Of a DNA stretch of 64,000 nucleotides, positions 23,537 through 35,980 are shown one piece after another; within the stretch, counting starts at the first letter, position 1, and each line of letters starts with the position of its first letter. Source of the stretch: Carcharhinus longimanus. Lineage: Eukaryota. The translations under genes were made by a program, and so were the position numbers. The notes under the pieces are model-generated. The model had not been told where the DNA came from and made no database searches. It worked only from the letters and a program-made list of their open reading frames with translations. The stretch spans positions 24,832,142 to 24,896,141 of the forward strand of contig JASCQW010000150.1 in assembly GCA_030264375.1 (NCBI GenBank). The letters are read 5' to 3'.

Positions 23537-23802
23537 CATAGAATCGTACAGTGCAGAAGGCCATTCAGCCCATCACGTCTACACTGACCACAATCCTACC
23601 CAGGCTCTATCCCTAACATTGAGGCAATTTAGCACAGCCAATCCACCTAACCTGTGTGTCTTTGGACTGCGGGAGGAAACTGGAGCACTGGGAGGAAACC
23701 CATGCAGACATGGGGAGAATGTGCAAACTCCACACAGACAGTGCCCTGGGTCCATGGCGCTGAGAGGCAGCAGTGGTAATCACTGTACCACCATGCCACC
23801 CG
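23537..23802 (-). mobile_element. V-SINE (HE1-like)
   Basis: Reverse head, V-domain and tail. Confidence 0.85.
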
Positions 23803-24129
23803 TGCACTCATAGATCAGGAACATATCGGAAACATTTGCTTCCTCTGCATTCCCTAGGAATGTGCAGCACAGGTTAGGTAGAGCAAAGCTTCTCCTCAAT
23901 CCAAGCCTTTGAGTCCTAAACTGTTCAACAGGAACCTTTCCCTTACCAGTACTGCTTGTTGAATGAGATTTGAGATCTGGGCCATTTAGGAGTGTTAAGA
24001 ACCAACTAATTGAGACTGTGTCTGTTGCTGTTTTATGTTGGATTTTGATATTCAGCAGACAGAAGAAACTTTAATCCCGGGCTCCAGAGGGACTCATAAA
24101 TCTGCCGCCTTCGTTTGTTTGAGAGGTCA

Positions 24130-24280
24130 TATGACACCAGTCCAACAGGTTTATTTGAAATCGTGAAGGAGCAGTGCTCTGAAAGCTTGTGATTTCAAAT
24201 GAACCTATTGGACTATAACCTGGTGTCATGTGACCTCTCATCTTGTCCACCCCAATTCAACACCAAGATCTCCCACATGT
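24130..24280. mobile_element. Small hairpin Penelope-like terminal element
   Basis: Arms gtccaacaggtttatttgaaatc / gatttcaaatgaacctattggac around gaaggagcagtgctctgaaagctt (partial hammerhead). Confidence 0.65.
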
Positions 24281-24404
24281 TAGTATGTTTAGGAACACAG
24301 GTGTTTTGCAGATCATGCTATTGTAAATTCTCATTGAGATGGAATGTTTGATTTTTATACATGTTGCTGCCATGGTGTATTCATGTAGTTTACAGTCTAA
24401 TTCC

Positions 24405-24715
24405 AGAATCTTTCAATCCCTGCAGTGCAGAAGGAGGCAATTCGGCCCATCAAGTCTGCACCGACAATCCCACCCAGGGCCTATCCCTGTAACCCCACAT
24501 ATTTACCCTGCTAGTCTCCCTGGCACTAAAGGGCAATTTAGCATAGCCAATTAACTAACCCGCACATCTTTGGAGTGTGGGAGAAAACTGGAGTATCCAG
24601 AGGAAACCCACGCAGACACGGGGAGGACGTGCAAACTCTACACAGACAGTGATCCGAGGCCGGAATTGAACCTGGATCCCTGGTGCTGTGAGGCAGCAGA
24701 GACATGCTGCCCCCT
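24405..24715 (-). mobile_element. V-SINE (HE1-like)
   Basis: Reverse head, V-domain and tail. Confidence 0.85.
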
Positions 24716-25079
24716 TACGAATCGTATGTTGTAATTTATAAGTATGCCATGGCTATACTCTGTAAGAACATACTTTAATATATTCTAAATGACACTTTGA
24801 TAAATCCCAGGTCTGCCTCAGCAGCTCCTGCCAACTGAGGGCTCAGCCTGGAGCGCCATCAGGAGGTGCTTGGCAGAACTGCAGGCTGTTTAAATTTGTC
24901 CGGTTGATCATTATTTTTGAATATGAAATGTAACTGCCCTGGAAACACTCAGTTTGTCTGTCACCTTATTTGGGACTCTGACTTATTTGAATTATTGTTT
25001 GAATTATTTTGAAGCATTTGTCTCTTGCCTTGAATTATTGACATTTACTTTCCTGTTTCTCTCCCCCGCCCGCCGCCAG

Positions 25080-25154
25080 GGCAGTTCCATGGACCGACTG
25101 CTGGGAAACATTGCCAACTTTATCGAGGGGCTGAACACCAAAAATAATGTCAAA
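25080..25154 (+). CDS. ABCA7: ABCA1/7-like exon (75 bp), ECD2
   Basis: gccag|GGC...AAA|gtatgt; GSSMDRLLGNIANFIEGLNTKNNVK. Confidence 0.93.
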
Positions 25155-25609
25155 GTATGTCTGAAGGCTTTCTATCGATCTCTTCCTGCTGCCAACTCTC
25201 TCGAGTTTTGAGTCCATTACACTTTGAACTGTCAAACATTTTTTTTTAAAGCCAGCTATTTACCGCTGTTTTCTTTCAATCTGGAGTCAAATTTACAGGC
25301 ATCTGCCAATCTATAGGTTTCCCTCTTGTGTAGCAATCAAACTCCATAAAGTCATGTGGCCTTAAAAGATGAGGCCAGATTAAACCATACGGAGTCGAGG
25401 TGAATAGCAGAGATATGTTTTAAAGGTACATGAGGGAGAGCAACAGAAAGATCCACTGATAGAATTAAACAAAGTGAAGCAGGAGGGGACTCGGGTTGAG
25501 TTTATCTGTGGACATGGTTCAGATGGGCCAAAAAGAATGTCCCAGTGCTGTGAATTCTGTACAGTTGCACTTCAGCATCAGAATAGTGCATCATACAATA
25601 CATATTAGA

Positions 25610-26300
25610 TAGCAGATAGGACCAGAAGGAGGCCATTTGGCCCTCGAGCCTGCGCTGCTATTCATCATGATCATGGCTGATTGTCCAACTCCAATAGCCT
25701 AATCCTGCTTTCTCCTCATAACCTTTGATCCCATTCGCTCCAGATGCTATATCTAGCTGCCTCTTGAATACATTCAGTGTTTTGGCACCAACTACTTCCT
25801 GTGGTAATGATTTCCTCAGGCTCACTGATCTTTCAGTGAAGAAATGTCTCCTCATCTCCGTCCTAAATGGCCTACTCTGAATCCTCAGACTGTGACCCGT
25901 GGTTCTGGACACCCCCACCATCAGGAACATCCTCCCTGCATCTACCCTGTCTAGTCCAGTTAGAATTTTATAAGTCTCTATGAGATCCACCCTCATTCTC
26001 CTGANNNNNNNNNNNNNNNNNNNNNNNNNNNNNNNNNNNNNNNNNNNNNNNNNNNNNNNNNNNNNNNNNNNNNNNNNNNNNNNNNNNNNNNNNNNNNNNN
26101 NNNNCCATGAGATCGCTCTCCCCGCCGCCCCCCCCCCCCCCCGCCCCCCCCCTTCATTCGTCTGAACTCCAGTGAAAACAATCCTAACGAGTCAATCTCT
26201 TCTCATACATCAGTCCCGCCATCCCCAGAATCACCCTGATAAATCTTCACTGCACTCCCTCGAGAGTAAGAACATCCTTCCTTATAAAAAGAGACCAAAA
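25610..26300 (-). mobile_element. CR1 LINE 3' fragment with a gap
   Basis: Minus ORF MRVDLIETYKILTGLDRVDAGRMF...FRTEMRRHFFTER. Confidence 0.9.
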
Positions 26301-26414
26301 CGGCACATGACTTGCCACATGCGATCCACAGGAGATCTACTCATTTTTTATTTTAAATTATAAAGTTGGATTTCCTGACGGTTAGAGATTGTTGTCTGGC
26401 TTTTGCATAGCTTT

Positions 26415-26760
26415 TTTTTTAAAATATTTGTTCACGGGATGTGGTCATCACTGACCAGGCCAACATTTGTTCCCCATCCTTTGAGAGCAGTCAGTCACAT
26501 TGCTGTGGGGCTGGAATCACGTGTAAACCAGACCAGGTAAGGACAGTAGATAGCCTTTCCTGAAAGGCATTAAGGGAACCAGATGGGGTTTTATGACAAT
26601 TAAAGGTAGTTTTCTTTGGCATCAGGACTGAGACTAGTTTTCAGTTCCGGATTTATGAATTGAATTTAAATGTCCTGTGGTGGAACCTGTGTCCTCAGAC
26701 CATTATCCTGGACCTCTGGATTATTAGCCCTGTGCCGTTATAACTATATCACCACCCCCG
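26415..26760 (-). mobile_element. Second-family tRNA SINE
   Basis: Reverse homologue of 12655-12996 (cacattgctgtggggctggaatcacgtgtaaaccagaccaggtaaggac). Confidence 0.7.
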
Positions 26761-27669
26761 ATGGCACTCTGCAGCAGAATTCTAGCTGGTTTCAGCCAAA
26801 CGGGATGAGGATAGGTTGACTCCATTCCTGCTTCCAAACCATTTCAGCTGGATTACACTCTATCTCCTGGTGCTGAAAGGCCAGGCGCCAGGACCAATTG
26901 TGCGTAGGCCCTCAGCTCGTTGTCGGCACACTGCTTCATGCCCGTCAGCTGATGCCAGTACTGGTTTGTGCCCACACCAGTGTGACATTGTCCACTCAGG
27001 CACTCACCCTGGTGCATTCTCTCCACTGCTGACCCCTCTCCTCACTGTGCCATCACCACATGGTGCTCTGATGTCCAGCTGTTGCCAGCCACAGTCTATC
27101 GGGCTCCCTCCCCTAGTTGTTGCTGTTTATAGTACTCTAACTCATAAACACCATCCTTGTTAGTTACTATTCTTTCTGGGCACCACAATATTCATCATAG
27201 CTCCTGTCTGCCTATTATTTTCCCAGCCCCTGGTTCATGGTTGCAGAATGAACTGGACCCATCTTCCCCGCAGTGGCAATGTTAGTTCTTTCAGGACTTT
27301 TGTAATTCTGCCCAGTTTGATTGCTTACATCAAGTGGAAAATTTGTCTCTGTGATAGCCAAGGAAAGGGCCAGGCTCAGCTGTGACGTCTCCACAGTCAA
27401 ATAGCCAGGTCATTGGTGAAAGCTGACCAAGGACTGACGCGATTGGCACTGCGGGAGGGAGTAAATTAGACACAGATCAAAGAACAGTGATTCTTTGATA
27501 ACAACATGTAGAGAATATTCTACTGGAGTGATAGCAGCTTCAGTGTGATTGCCAGTTTATGTTAGCCCATTTCCCATCTATATAACGTTTAGATGGAATG
27601 GAGTGATTAAGTAGGAGGCTTGAGTATACTCCTGATACAGTGGAAGTAATCTTTATTTTTATTTTGCAG

Positions 27670-27839
27670 GTCTGGTTCAATAACAAAGGCTGGCATTCCA
27701 TGGTGAGTTTTGTGAATGTGATGAACAATGCGGTACTGAGAGCAAATCTCCCATCGGGAAAAGATCCCAGAATGTTTGGGATTACAGCCTTCAACCACCC
27801 ACTCAACCTGACCAAAGAACAGTTCTCTGAGGTGGCAAT
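27670..27839 (+). CDS. ABCA7: ABCA1/7-like exon (170 bp), end of ECD2
   Basis: tgcag|GTC...GCAAT|gtaagt; [56 protein letters not shown]. Confidence 0.96.
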
Positions 27840-27887
27840 GTAAGTAGCTGCTAGAACCTCACGGATACACCTGCAAGTTAAATAGTG

Positions 27888-27890
<3 letters not shown>

Positions 27891-27938
<48 letters not shown>
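27891..27938. repeat. (AC)24 microsatellite
   Basis: Perfect dinucleotide run about 50 bp downstream of a splice donor. Confidence 0.98.
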
Positions 27939-27942
<4 letters not shown>

Positions 27943-28669
27943 CCCGGGCATTGAACCAGACAGATGAGCAGCAGCTGGGATATAGTTGCCCCTGCTCCTG
28001 GCCAGGGTTCCTCCTCGGGATCGCTGTCTAGTGGCTTTGGAGCCCCGTGAGTGTGAACGTGAGGCAAAAGCATTTTGGACTCAACAGCTATGCCCTATAC
28101 AAGCAAAAGGCCTGTTGGTGAGGCTCATGGGTGAATAATTATAATTTATCTAATGGAATAAAATTCCTCCTTCATTGTTGTATATTGTACCTTGATGCAA
28201 ATATTATTATTAAATTAGACATTCATCTCTCCAAGCTTTCTTTCTCTGCTACGAGAGATCCTGTCCCCTGTTCTGTGCACCGTCATCTCCAATAATAAAT
28301 ATGAGGAGTGCCAATATTTCTTTGTCACCGCGGTTGAGACCATTTAACTGTCTCTGCTGTTCTGATACCAATAATGTGACCACCTCCCCAGATTTCCTTC
28401 TCCCGCAGCCTGATTGTAGACCATTCTCCATTTTCACCCTCCATCTCTTTCACCACCCACCCTACCCCACCCACCCCACTGTGTTTGCTTCAAGCTCATC
28501 TCAGCCATGAGACCCACCTCCTTTTGACTGCGGTCGAAGTCTATCATCCCTTCTCTCTATCCTTGATCCCTTTGCAGCCTTCGACAGGACGACCCAATCC
28601 TGTTTCTTTCAACCAAGCTCCTTAATGTTCCATCTCCGTGGAACGGTACTCTTCACAATCCAATAAATG

Positions 28670-29760
28670 TAAGAATGGAGTTGGAGCAGGAGTAGGCCAT
28701 TCAGCCCCTCAAGCCTGCTCTGCCATTTGATAAGAGACTTTTGGATAAGTACATGGGACTTAGAGGGTTATAGATAAACCTAATGGGTAGGGACATGTTC
28801 AGCGCAACCTGTGGGCCGAAGGGCCTGTTTGTGCTGTAGTTTTTCTATATTCTATGTTTTAAGATGGTAGCTGATTTGATTGCAGCTTCAACACTGCTGC
28901 TTCCCGGTCTGTCCCCATATCCTTCAATTCTCGATTGACAATGGAGTATTTCCAACTCTGTCTTAAAACTGTTTGATGAGCAGCCTCCACTATTCTCGGG
29001 GGCAGAGAATTCTATAGACTAATGACTCTCTGAGGAAAAACAAAATACTTCTCATCTCCATCTTAAATGTTTGTTACCTGTGTCCCCTAATTCTAACCCC
29101 TCTGTCGGGGGAAACCTACTTTCAGCATTTACCTTGTCAAGTCTCCACAGGTTCCATGTTTCAATGAGATCACCTTTCATACTTCTGAACTCCAATAGTT
29201 ACAAGTCCAACTTGACCATCCTTTCCTTTAAGATAACTGTTAAAACTCTTAAAACTCTTCCTATCTGTTTCTATAATTCTAGCTACCTACCTTTCTCTCG
29301 TACTCTAATTTCTCCCTTTTTAAAAAAAATTCTCTTATTTTCTGACCTCCCACTGTTCTTTGTAGAATTATATACCATTTCCTTTCAATTTGATGGTAAT
29401 TTCCTCAGTTAGCAAAGGCTGGTGCATCCTCCTCAGAGACGACTCCTTTCTCACTGATATGTATCTTTGAGTATTATGAAATATCTCCTTAAGTGTCTGT
29501 CCCTGCCTCTGTATTGATCTACTCCTTGAAGTTCTCTTTAACCAGTCCTAGGTTTGTACTCTTATGTGAAATTATTTTAGGTTTAAAAGCACAAACCTTA
29601 GCCCACTCTCCTCTCCTTCAAACCGAACATGAAATTCAATCATATTAAAGATCAGTGCAGCTCAGGGACTCCTTTGTTATGAAGTCATTAATTAATCCTA
29701 TCTCATTACACGTTGCCGATCTGGAATAGCCTGTTCTCTGGCTCAAGAACAGTGCTCTCT
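28670..29760 (-). mobile_element. Decayed CR1 fragments (-) with a short CR1 tail (+, about 28735-28860) nested inside
   Basis: ggagcaggagtaggccattcagccc tail; inner gggccgaagggcctgtttgtgctgta. Confidence 0.65.
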
Positions 29761-29994
29761 AAGATTTTATTCCAACCCCCATGATATAGAATTCCATTCT
29801 GCATTACCTCCCCTAACCCATCTTACTGGCTAAGCTTTCCGTCGCCACACTTAAAGTTGGCTCAGTGCCCATTTTGTTTTGTTTCCCTGAAGCACCTTGT
29901 GTTACTGATCTTTCACAAATATATTTGATTTGCCCACTTATCTTTGGTTGGCATGAGGCTTTCAATATTCAAACTTGCGTCGAAGAAGAAAGGA

Positions 29995-30536
29995 GGTGGC
30001 ATGGTGGCACAGTGGTTAGCACTGCTGCTTCACAATGCCAGGGACCTAGGTTTGCTTTCAGCCTCGGGTCACTATCCATATGGAGTTTGCATATTCGCCC
30101 TGTGTCTGCATGGGTTTTCTCCATGTCGATAGTAGTCATGATGTNNNNNNNNNNNNNNNNNNNNNNNNNNNNNNNNNNNNNNNNNNNNNNNNNNNNNNNN
30201 NNNNNNNNNNNNNNNNNNNNNNNNNNNNNNNNNNNNNNNNNNNNCCCCCCCCCCCCTCCCCCGGCCCCGGACGACGGGACTACCCCGAAAGCTTGAGTCT
30301 ATTATCAAATAAATCAGTTGGACTAAAACCTGGTGTTGTCAGACTTTTTACTGGGTTTTCTCCCACAGTCCAAAGGCGTGCAGGTTAGGTGCATTGGCCA
30401 TGATAAATTGACCCTAGTATCGGGGGATTAGCAGGGTAAATGTGTGGGATTACAAGAATAGGCCCTGGCTGGGATTGTGGTCGGTACAGACTCGATGGGC
30501 CGAATGGCTGCCTCCTGTACTGTAGGGATTCTATGA
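29995..30536 (+). mobile_element. V-SINE interrupted by a Penelope-like hairpin insertion (about 30123-30351, partly gap)
   Basis: SINE halves flank ccgaaagcttg...ttggactaaaacctggtgttgtcagactttttac. Confidence 0.75.
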
Positions 30537-30604
30537 TGTGTGACATTGTTGTTTGTGTGACCGTGTCCAGCTTGTGACATTGAGCCTCTTCCCCCTCCTT
30601 TTAG

Positions 30605-30782
30605 GATAGGCACCTCTGTTGATTTGCTGGTCTCCATTTGCGTCATCTTTGCCATGTCCTTTGTGCCGGCCAGCTTTGTCCTCTTCCTCATTGAAGAACG
30701 TGTCAGCAAAGCCAAGCACCTTCAGTTTGTCAGTGGTGTGAAGCCTGGCATTTATTGGCTCGCTAATTTTGCGTGGGATATG
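30605..30782 (+). CDS. ABCA7: ABCA1/7-like exon (178 bp), TMD2
   Basis: tttag|G...ATG|gtaagt; [59 protein letters not shown]. Confidence 0.96.
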
Positions 30783-30889
30783 GTAAGTACGACTCAGTTC
30801 ATGATGAAGTGTGCACGAGCTGTGGAAGGAACCTGAACCAATGGGGTAGAGTCTGAAATAGAATACACTGTACATGGATAAAACCCCGT

Positions 30890-32215
30890 GCGGATGCTGG
30901 AATCTGAAACAAAAACAGAAAATGCTGGAGAATCCCAGCAGGACTGACAGCATCTGGGGAGAGACAATAGAGGCAACATTTCAAGTCTGGATGACACTTC
31001 TTCAGAGCAGAAGACAATAAAAAATAGGACGAGATTCATACTATCCAAAACTAGAGGACATAGGTTTAAGGTGAGAGAGGAACGATTTAAAAGGAACCTG
31101 TGGGTCAACTTTTTCAGAGGGCAGTGCGTGTGTGGAATGAGCTGCCAAAGGAGGTGGTAGAGGCAGGTCCAATACATTTTAAAATGCATTACGACAGCTA
31201 CGTGGATGGGAAAGGTTTAGAGGGATATGGGCCAAATTCAGGCAAAAGGGACTAGTTCAGTTTGGGAAATCTGGTCGGTATGGATGAGTTGGGCCAAAGG
31301 GCCTGTTCCTATATCTCTATGATTTTATATCATAGTCAAAAAGACAAAAGGAATGTAAATGGTGGTGATCTTGGCTATGAAGGGTGCTGATAGAGGCCAT
31401 TAAGAGACCAGAATGTGTAAATAGCAGAATAAAGGTAAGCAGACTGTCACAGCACAACCTCAGACATGTAATAGGTGACCAGATTGGGGTGAGGGGGGAG
31501 AATGGAAAAAGGATAGAAAGCAAAATTTTAAGCAAGTAGAAAAATGAAACGATGGGAGAAAGGGAATTTTTTAAAAAGATATAAATTAAAATGGGGTGAA
31601 GATGGAGGAAAGAATTCACGCTGTGATGTTGTCGAATTCAGTGTTCAGTCCAGAAGGCTGTAAGGTGCCTAACTGGAATTTTATTTTATTTCTGTTATGG
31701 TTCGGGTCAGAAACTCAAGTGTTTTATGAATCCCGCCTGAACCATAAGTTTTACATTTTGAATTTGGCTAGGATAAGCATGAGATGTTCTACTTCAAATG
31801 TGATTCAAATGACTCACTAGGGAGCTTTTATCAAACAAGGTTTATTTAAGAATATAGTTAACATGTATAGTAAGCAAATCCCTGTCACCTGACCAGCCCT
31901 GTTTTTTTTCTCCTCCCAACAATGACACCACCTAAGGCTGTGAGCATGAATTTAAAAAAAAAGCTCTTAAAGGTACACCAACATCACTTTTTTAAACAAT
32001 GTTTTTTCATTTCTTCCACCGTTTGGTCTCTGACTTCTGTCAATCCCACTCCCACTCCACTCCACCCCGCCCCATCCCATCAACTGCATAAATGTCATCC
32101 TATATTATTATCTTCAGCTCTGACGAAGGGTCATCCAGAATCGAAACGTTGGCTCTATTTCTTTCCCCACAGATACTGTCAGACCTGAGATTTTCCAGCA
32201 TTTTGTGCTTTGGTA
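30890..32215 (-). mobile_element. Penelope-like element with inverted termini, carrying nested CR1 (31040-31320) and LTR (31694-31986) fragments
   Basis: Minus strand 31678-31617 reads FQLGTLQPSGLNTEFDNITA* (PLE C-terminus); terminal repeats at 30890-31010 and 32115-32215 are mutually inverted, each with a CTGANGA..GAAA core. Confidence 0.7.
32116..32154 (+). ncRNA. Minimal type I hammerhead ribozyme motif (PLE-associated)
   Basis: AGCU-CUGACGA-A-GGGUC(aucca)GAAUC-GAAA-CGUU-GGCU: intact core, palindromic AACGUU, one mismatch in stem II. Confidence 0.55.
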
Positions 32216-32989
32216 AATTGTACATAAATTTTGAAAGGTGATTCTGGGACTACGTGAAGTGGGATTGGGGAGCAGCCTAACACTTATTTAAGAAAGGAGA
32301 GGACAATTGGTTAGAAATGCACAAGTTAAACCTAGGACAATGAGCATGAATTTGTTAAAGACAAGCTGCTTTAGACCAATGTTTTATTTTTGAAGGAGCA
32401 GCTAACTGGATAGATGAGGGAAATATATTCTATGTGATATTGATTTAACTTATTTAATAGATGAGTCAGGAGACTGGTTATAAAATCTCTGTTTTATTAC
32501 AGGAGGGAATATAGCAACAAGTTAGTTGGCAAACAAAAACAAGAGTTTATAGTTAATGGGCTTTTCTTGGACCAGAGAGGGATTGAAAGTTTTGAACTGT
32601 TGTGGTCAGTGCTCAGTCTACTTTTTGTTCGCTGTATGTAATGATGATTCGGGCTTGTGTATGAAGAGCACAACATAGATATTTGCTGATGACACAAATG
32701 AAAGAAGTTTAGCAAGCAACGAAGATAACTCTGAAAGACTTCAGTAAGACCTAGTCAGAATGGGCAGATAGGTAATGGGTGCAACTTATTAAGGAAAAGT
32801 ATAAGGTAACACACACTTTGAGAGAAAAACATTGAAAGGACGTTCACACAATGGAGTGTGGATGAATGGGATGACTTGGGGCTCAAATACACCATGCACA
32901 GAGTGCAAGTGCACTCACATTTGAGGTTTTCTAAGCAAGATTATAAAGTAAAAGAGTAAAGAGATAAGGGGAGGTGGGGCAATGCTCTA

Positions 32990-33552
32990 ATGAAACTGCA
33001 CCGCTTTTATAGTGCAGCGGGCCAGGAGACTCATGCAGAGGCCATTTTGTGGGATCCCCATTGGGTGCACGGCCTCCGCGAGGCTCCGATGGCTCCGTGC
33101 CAGAAATTGGCGGAGTGCCGAGGAAATTATGTTAATGTTAATTCAAATCTGTTTTTACATTTCATTAGTAGGCCTGGGACTGAAATGTCTGGTGCCTGGC
33201 CGAGGCTGGCCTGGGCATGTTCGGGGTGGCAGCAGTCGGGCTGTGGGGGAGTGGGAGGGCTGGCAATGTGGGGGTTGCAGGGCTGCCAGTGATCGAGCTG
33301 GCCAGTAATCGGGAGACCAGCAATGCAGGGCTATTGCGCATGAGTCAATCTCAGCACTAAGTGGCCCACTCAGTGCTATACTGCCATCTTCACTGGTGGG
33401 AATAGGCCATGCCCCTGATTTTTAGCGTGATTCACACTAGTGCACTCTGCAGTGCACGGAGTGTGGGAGATTCATTTTGAAACTCCCGCTGGAAAAACCA
33501 GCAGGATTTACTCAAATTCAACACTTAAAATTTTTTTGGGAGAATCACCCTC
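32990..33552 (-). mobile_element. Non-autonomous DNA element (Harbinger-like), reverse homologue of 54696-55000
   Basis: cacttaaaattttttgggagaatc / ggaattctcccccaaaaattctaagtg and shared internal tgcagtgcac..g(t)gtgggaga; inserted in an old CR1 remnant. Confidence 0.65.
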
Positions 33553-33840
33553 AGTGATGTGTTTATACAGAACATGTTCTCGGCCACTATAAGTATTATG
33601 TACAGTGATTAGAGAACATGCAATGTAAATAAACAAGGGACAGGAAGTTAGTTACAAGGAGAGAGTGGAATTATCTGCAGTAGAGTGGCATGGGCTAAGT
33701 TGATGAGGGGGAAAAAAGTGAGTTTTAACACAAAGAAAAGTTTAACTTTTAGTTCCTCCTTTAGTTGGGGAATCAAAAAGTGTGATCAGTTTTGAGTTGA
33801 GTGGTAATGCAGAGTGTTAATGCATGGAACCCTTTCCCGC

Positions 33841-33952
33841 GGGCTTGCTGGAACTGCGATCGTTATACTGGTGAAGGGACTTGCTGGAACTGTGATCGTT
33901 ATACTGGTGAAGGGACTTGCTGGAACTGCGATCGTTATACTGGTGAAGGGAC
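33841..33952 (+). repeat. 36-bp tandem repeat x3 (gggacttgctggaactg(c/t)gatcgttatactggtgaa)
   Basis: Directly visible; 12-aa period in the ORF track. Confidence 0.95.
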
Positions 33953-34246
33953 AATACACCGAGTATCTGAAACAGAGGAAGATGCTGAGCCGGAGGCAGA
34001 GGAATGTGTTGAATAGCAATGCTGAACCGTACAGAGAGAGTACAACTGTGGGTTAGGTTGGAATGGTCTTTCCGAGGAGCCACACTGACATGTCAGCCAA
34101 ACGGCGCCTCCTTTATTCTAAACCTCTGATAATGGGCGGTGAAAGGAGATTTAAGTGAGTCACATGGTACCCATGATGGGTGCTTCTTTAGAAAGAGCAG
34201 ACTAGTAACGAGTGAAACAATCTCATTCCATCCCGTTCCTTTTCAG

Positions 34247-34362
34247 TGTAATTACGCTGTGTCAGCTACGTTGGTGGTCATCATCTTCATCTGTTTTCAA
34301 AAGCAATCCTATGTCTCAGCCTCCAATTTGCCAGCACTGATCCTCCTGCTCTTCCTCTACGG
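34247..34362 (+). CDS. ABCA7: ABCA1/7-like exon (116 bp), TMD2
   Basis: ttcag|TGT...TACGG|gtaagt; [39 protein letters not shown]. Confidence 0.96.
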
Positions 34363-34463
34363 GTAAGTGACCCTTCATCCCGAGCTGTGCTTTCCGTTGA
34401 ATTGGTGAACGTTCTCTTGCTGCTTGCTGGCTGCTCTCACCTTTGTTAATTCTGTTCTTTCAG

Positions 34464-34608
34464 ATGGTCCATCACTCCCCTCATGTATCCAGCATCATTT
34501 TTGTTCAGCATTCCCAGCTCTGCGTATGTGGCTCTGACTTGTGTTAACCTGTTCATTGGTATCAATGGAAGTGTGGCCACCTTTGTCCTGGAGCTCTTCA
34601 ACGATGCT
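34464..34608 (+). CDS. ABCA7: ABCA1/7-like exon (145 bp), TMD2
   Basis: ttcag|A...GCT|gtaaga; [48 protein letters not shown]. Confidence 0.96.
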
Positions 34609-34811
34609 GTAAGACACCATTTTTCCTGCTTGTTACGTGATAAATAACACTCTGTAATGTTCAGGAAATGTCAAACTAATGAACAGATAATGAGGTTGTA
34701 TGTGACTGGTTAGGACAGGAGGGGGATTAACTTTAACAGCGCGGACAGGTTGACTTTCAGATGCAATGTTAAACTGGGTCCCAATGTGTCAATTCATTCG
34801 GATGTTGGTTT

Positions 34812-35136
34812 TAGAATCAGAGAATCCCTACAGTGCAGGAGGAGGTCATTCAGCCCATCAAGCCTGCACCGATGACAGTCTCACCCAAGCTCTATCTCCA
34901 TAACTCCACGTATTTACTCTGCTAGTCCCCTTGACACTAAGGGGCAATTTAGCACGGCCAATCCACCTCACCCGCACATCTTTGGACTATGGGAGGAAAC
35001 CAGAGCACCAGAGGAAACCCACACAGACATGGAGAAAGTGCAGACTCCACACAGACAGTAACCCAAGGCCAGAATTGAACCCGGGTCCCTAGTGCTGTGA
35101 AGAAGCAGTACTAACCACTGTGCCACCATGCCGCCC
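34812..35136 (-). mobile_element. V-SINE (HE1-like)
   Basis: Full-length reverse copy. Confidence 0.85.
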
Positions 35137-35538
35137 ACTGTTAAAAAAGGAGGAGGGAGTTATCCTAACCAACTTTCCCCTGGAAACCTTGAGACTGAGG
35201 TTCCACCAGCTATAATTCTCCACAACCTGTTGTGGTTTGCGTTAGAGAATTGCAAGTGTGGTGTTGAGGCACACAAGCGAAAAGCACCCATTCAAGACAG
35301 AACTTGGCTATTTCCCCTTCTCAGAGAAGGATAGAATCATGTGGGGCAAAATTCCCCCAAATCTAAACTGCCTGTTGACCATCAGTCTAGTCTAACTCTT
35401 GTATAAGAGGCATTCCGGTGAGATATTCAAGGACAGCCAGTACCCATGGAGTATGAATCGGGGATCGGGAAAGGAAGAAACTGAAAATGAAAGGATTTTG
35501 TTTTTTGACCCTCCCCTCTTTATTTTTCTTCTGTGTAG

Positions 35539-35662
35539 AAATTGAACGAAGTCAATGAAATCCTGAAAAAAGTTTTCCTCATTTTCCCACATTTCTGCCT
35601 TGGCCGAGGAATGATCGACATGGTGAAGAATCAAGCAAAGGCCGATATTTATGAGAGGATTG
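35539..35662 (+). CDS. ABCA7: ABCA1/7-like exon (124 bp), TMD2
   Basis: tgtag|AAA...ATTG|gtcagt; [42 protein letters not shown]. Confidence 0.96.
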
Positions 35663-35709
35663 GTCAGTAATCACTTTGAATAAATTTTCTACCATGTAGA
35701 GTTGAATTA

Positions 35710-35980
35710 GGGCAGGAGTAAATAGGCCATTCAGTCCCTCGGGCCTGCTTTGCCATTCAGTAAGATCATGGCTGATCTGATTGTAACCTGAACCCCACAT
35801 TCCTGCCTACCTTTAACCTTTCACTCCCCACCTTGTTAATCAAGAATCTATCTAACTCTGTCTTAAAAATATTCAAAGATTCTGCTTCCACTGCCTTTTC
35901 AGAGTTCCAAGTCCCTCTGAGAAAAAAAGATTTTTCTCATCTGTCTTAGATGAGCGATCCCTTACTTTTAAACAATGACT
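35710..35980 (-). mobile_element. CR1 LINE 3' tail fragment
   Basis: taggccattcagtccctcgggcctgctttgccattcagtaagatcatggctgatc. Confidence 0.75.

Noticed and set aside
26105-26155. Poly-C/poly-G tracts (also about 30245 and 53545) as G-quadruplex elements
   Set aside because: All abut gaps and look like low-quality read ends.
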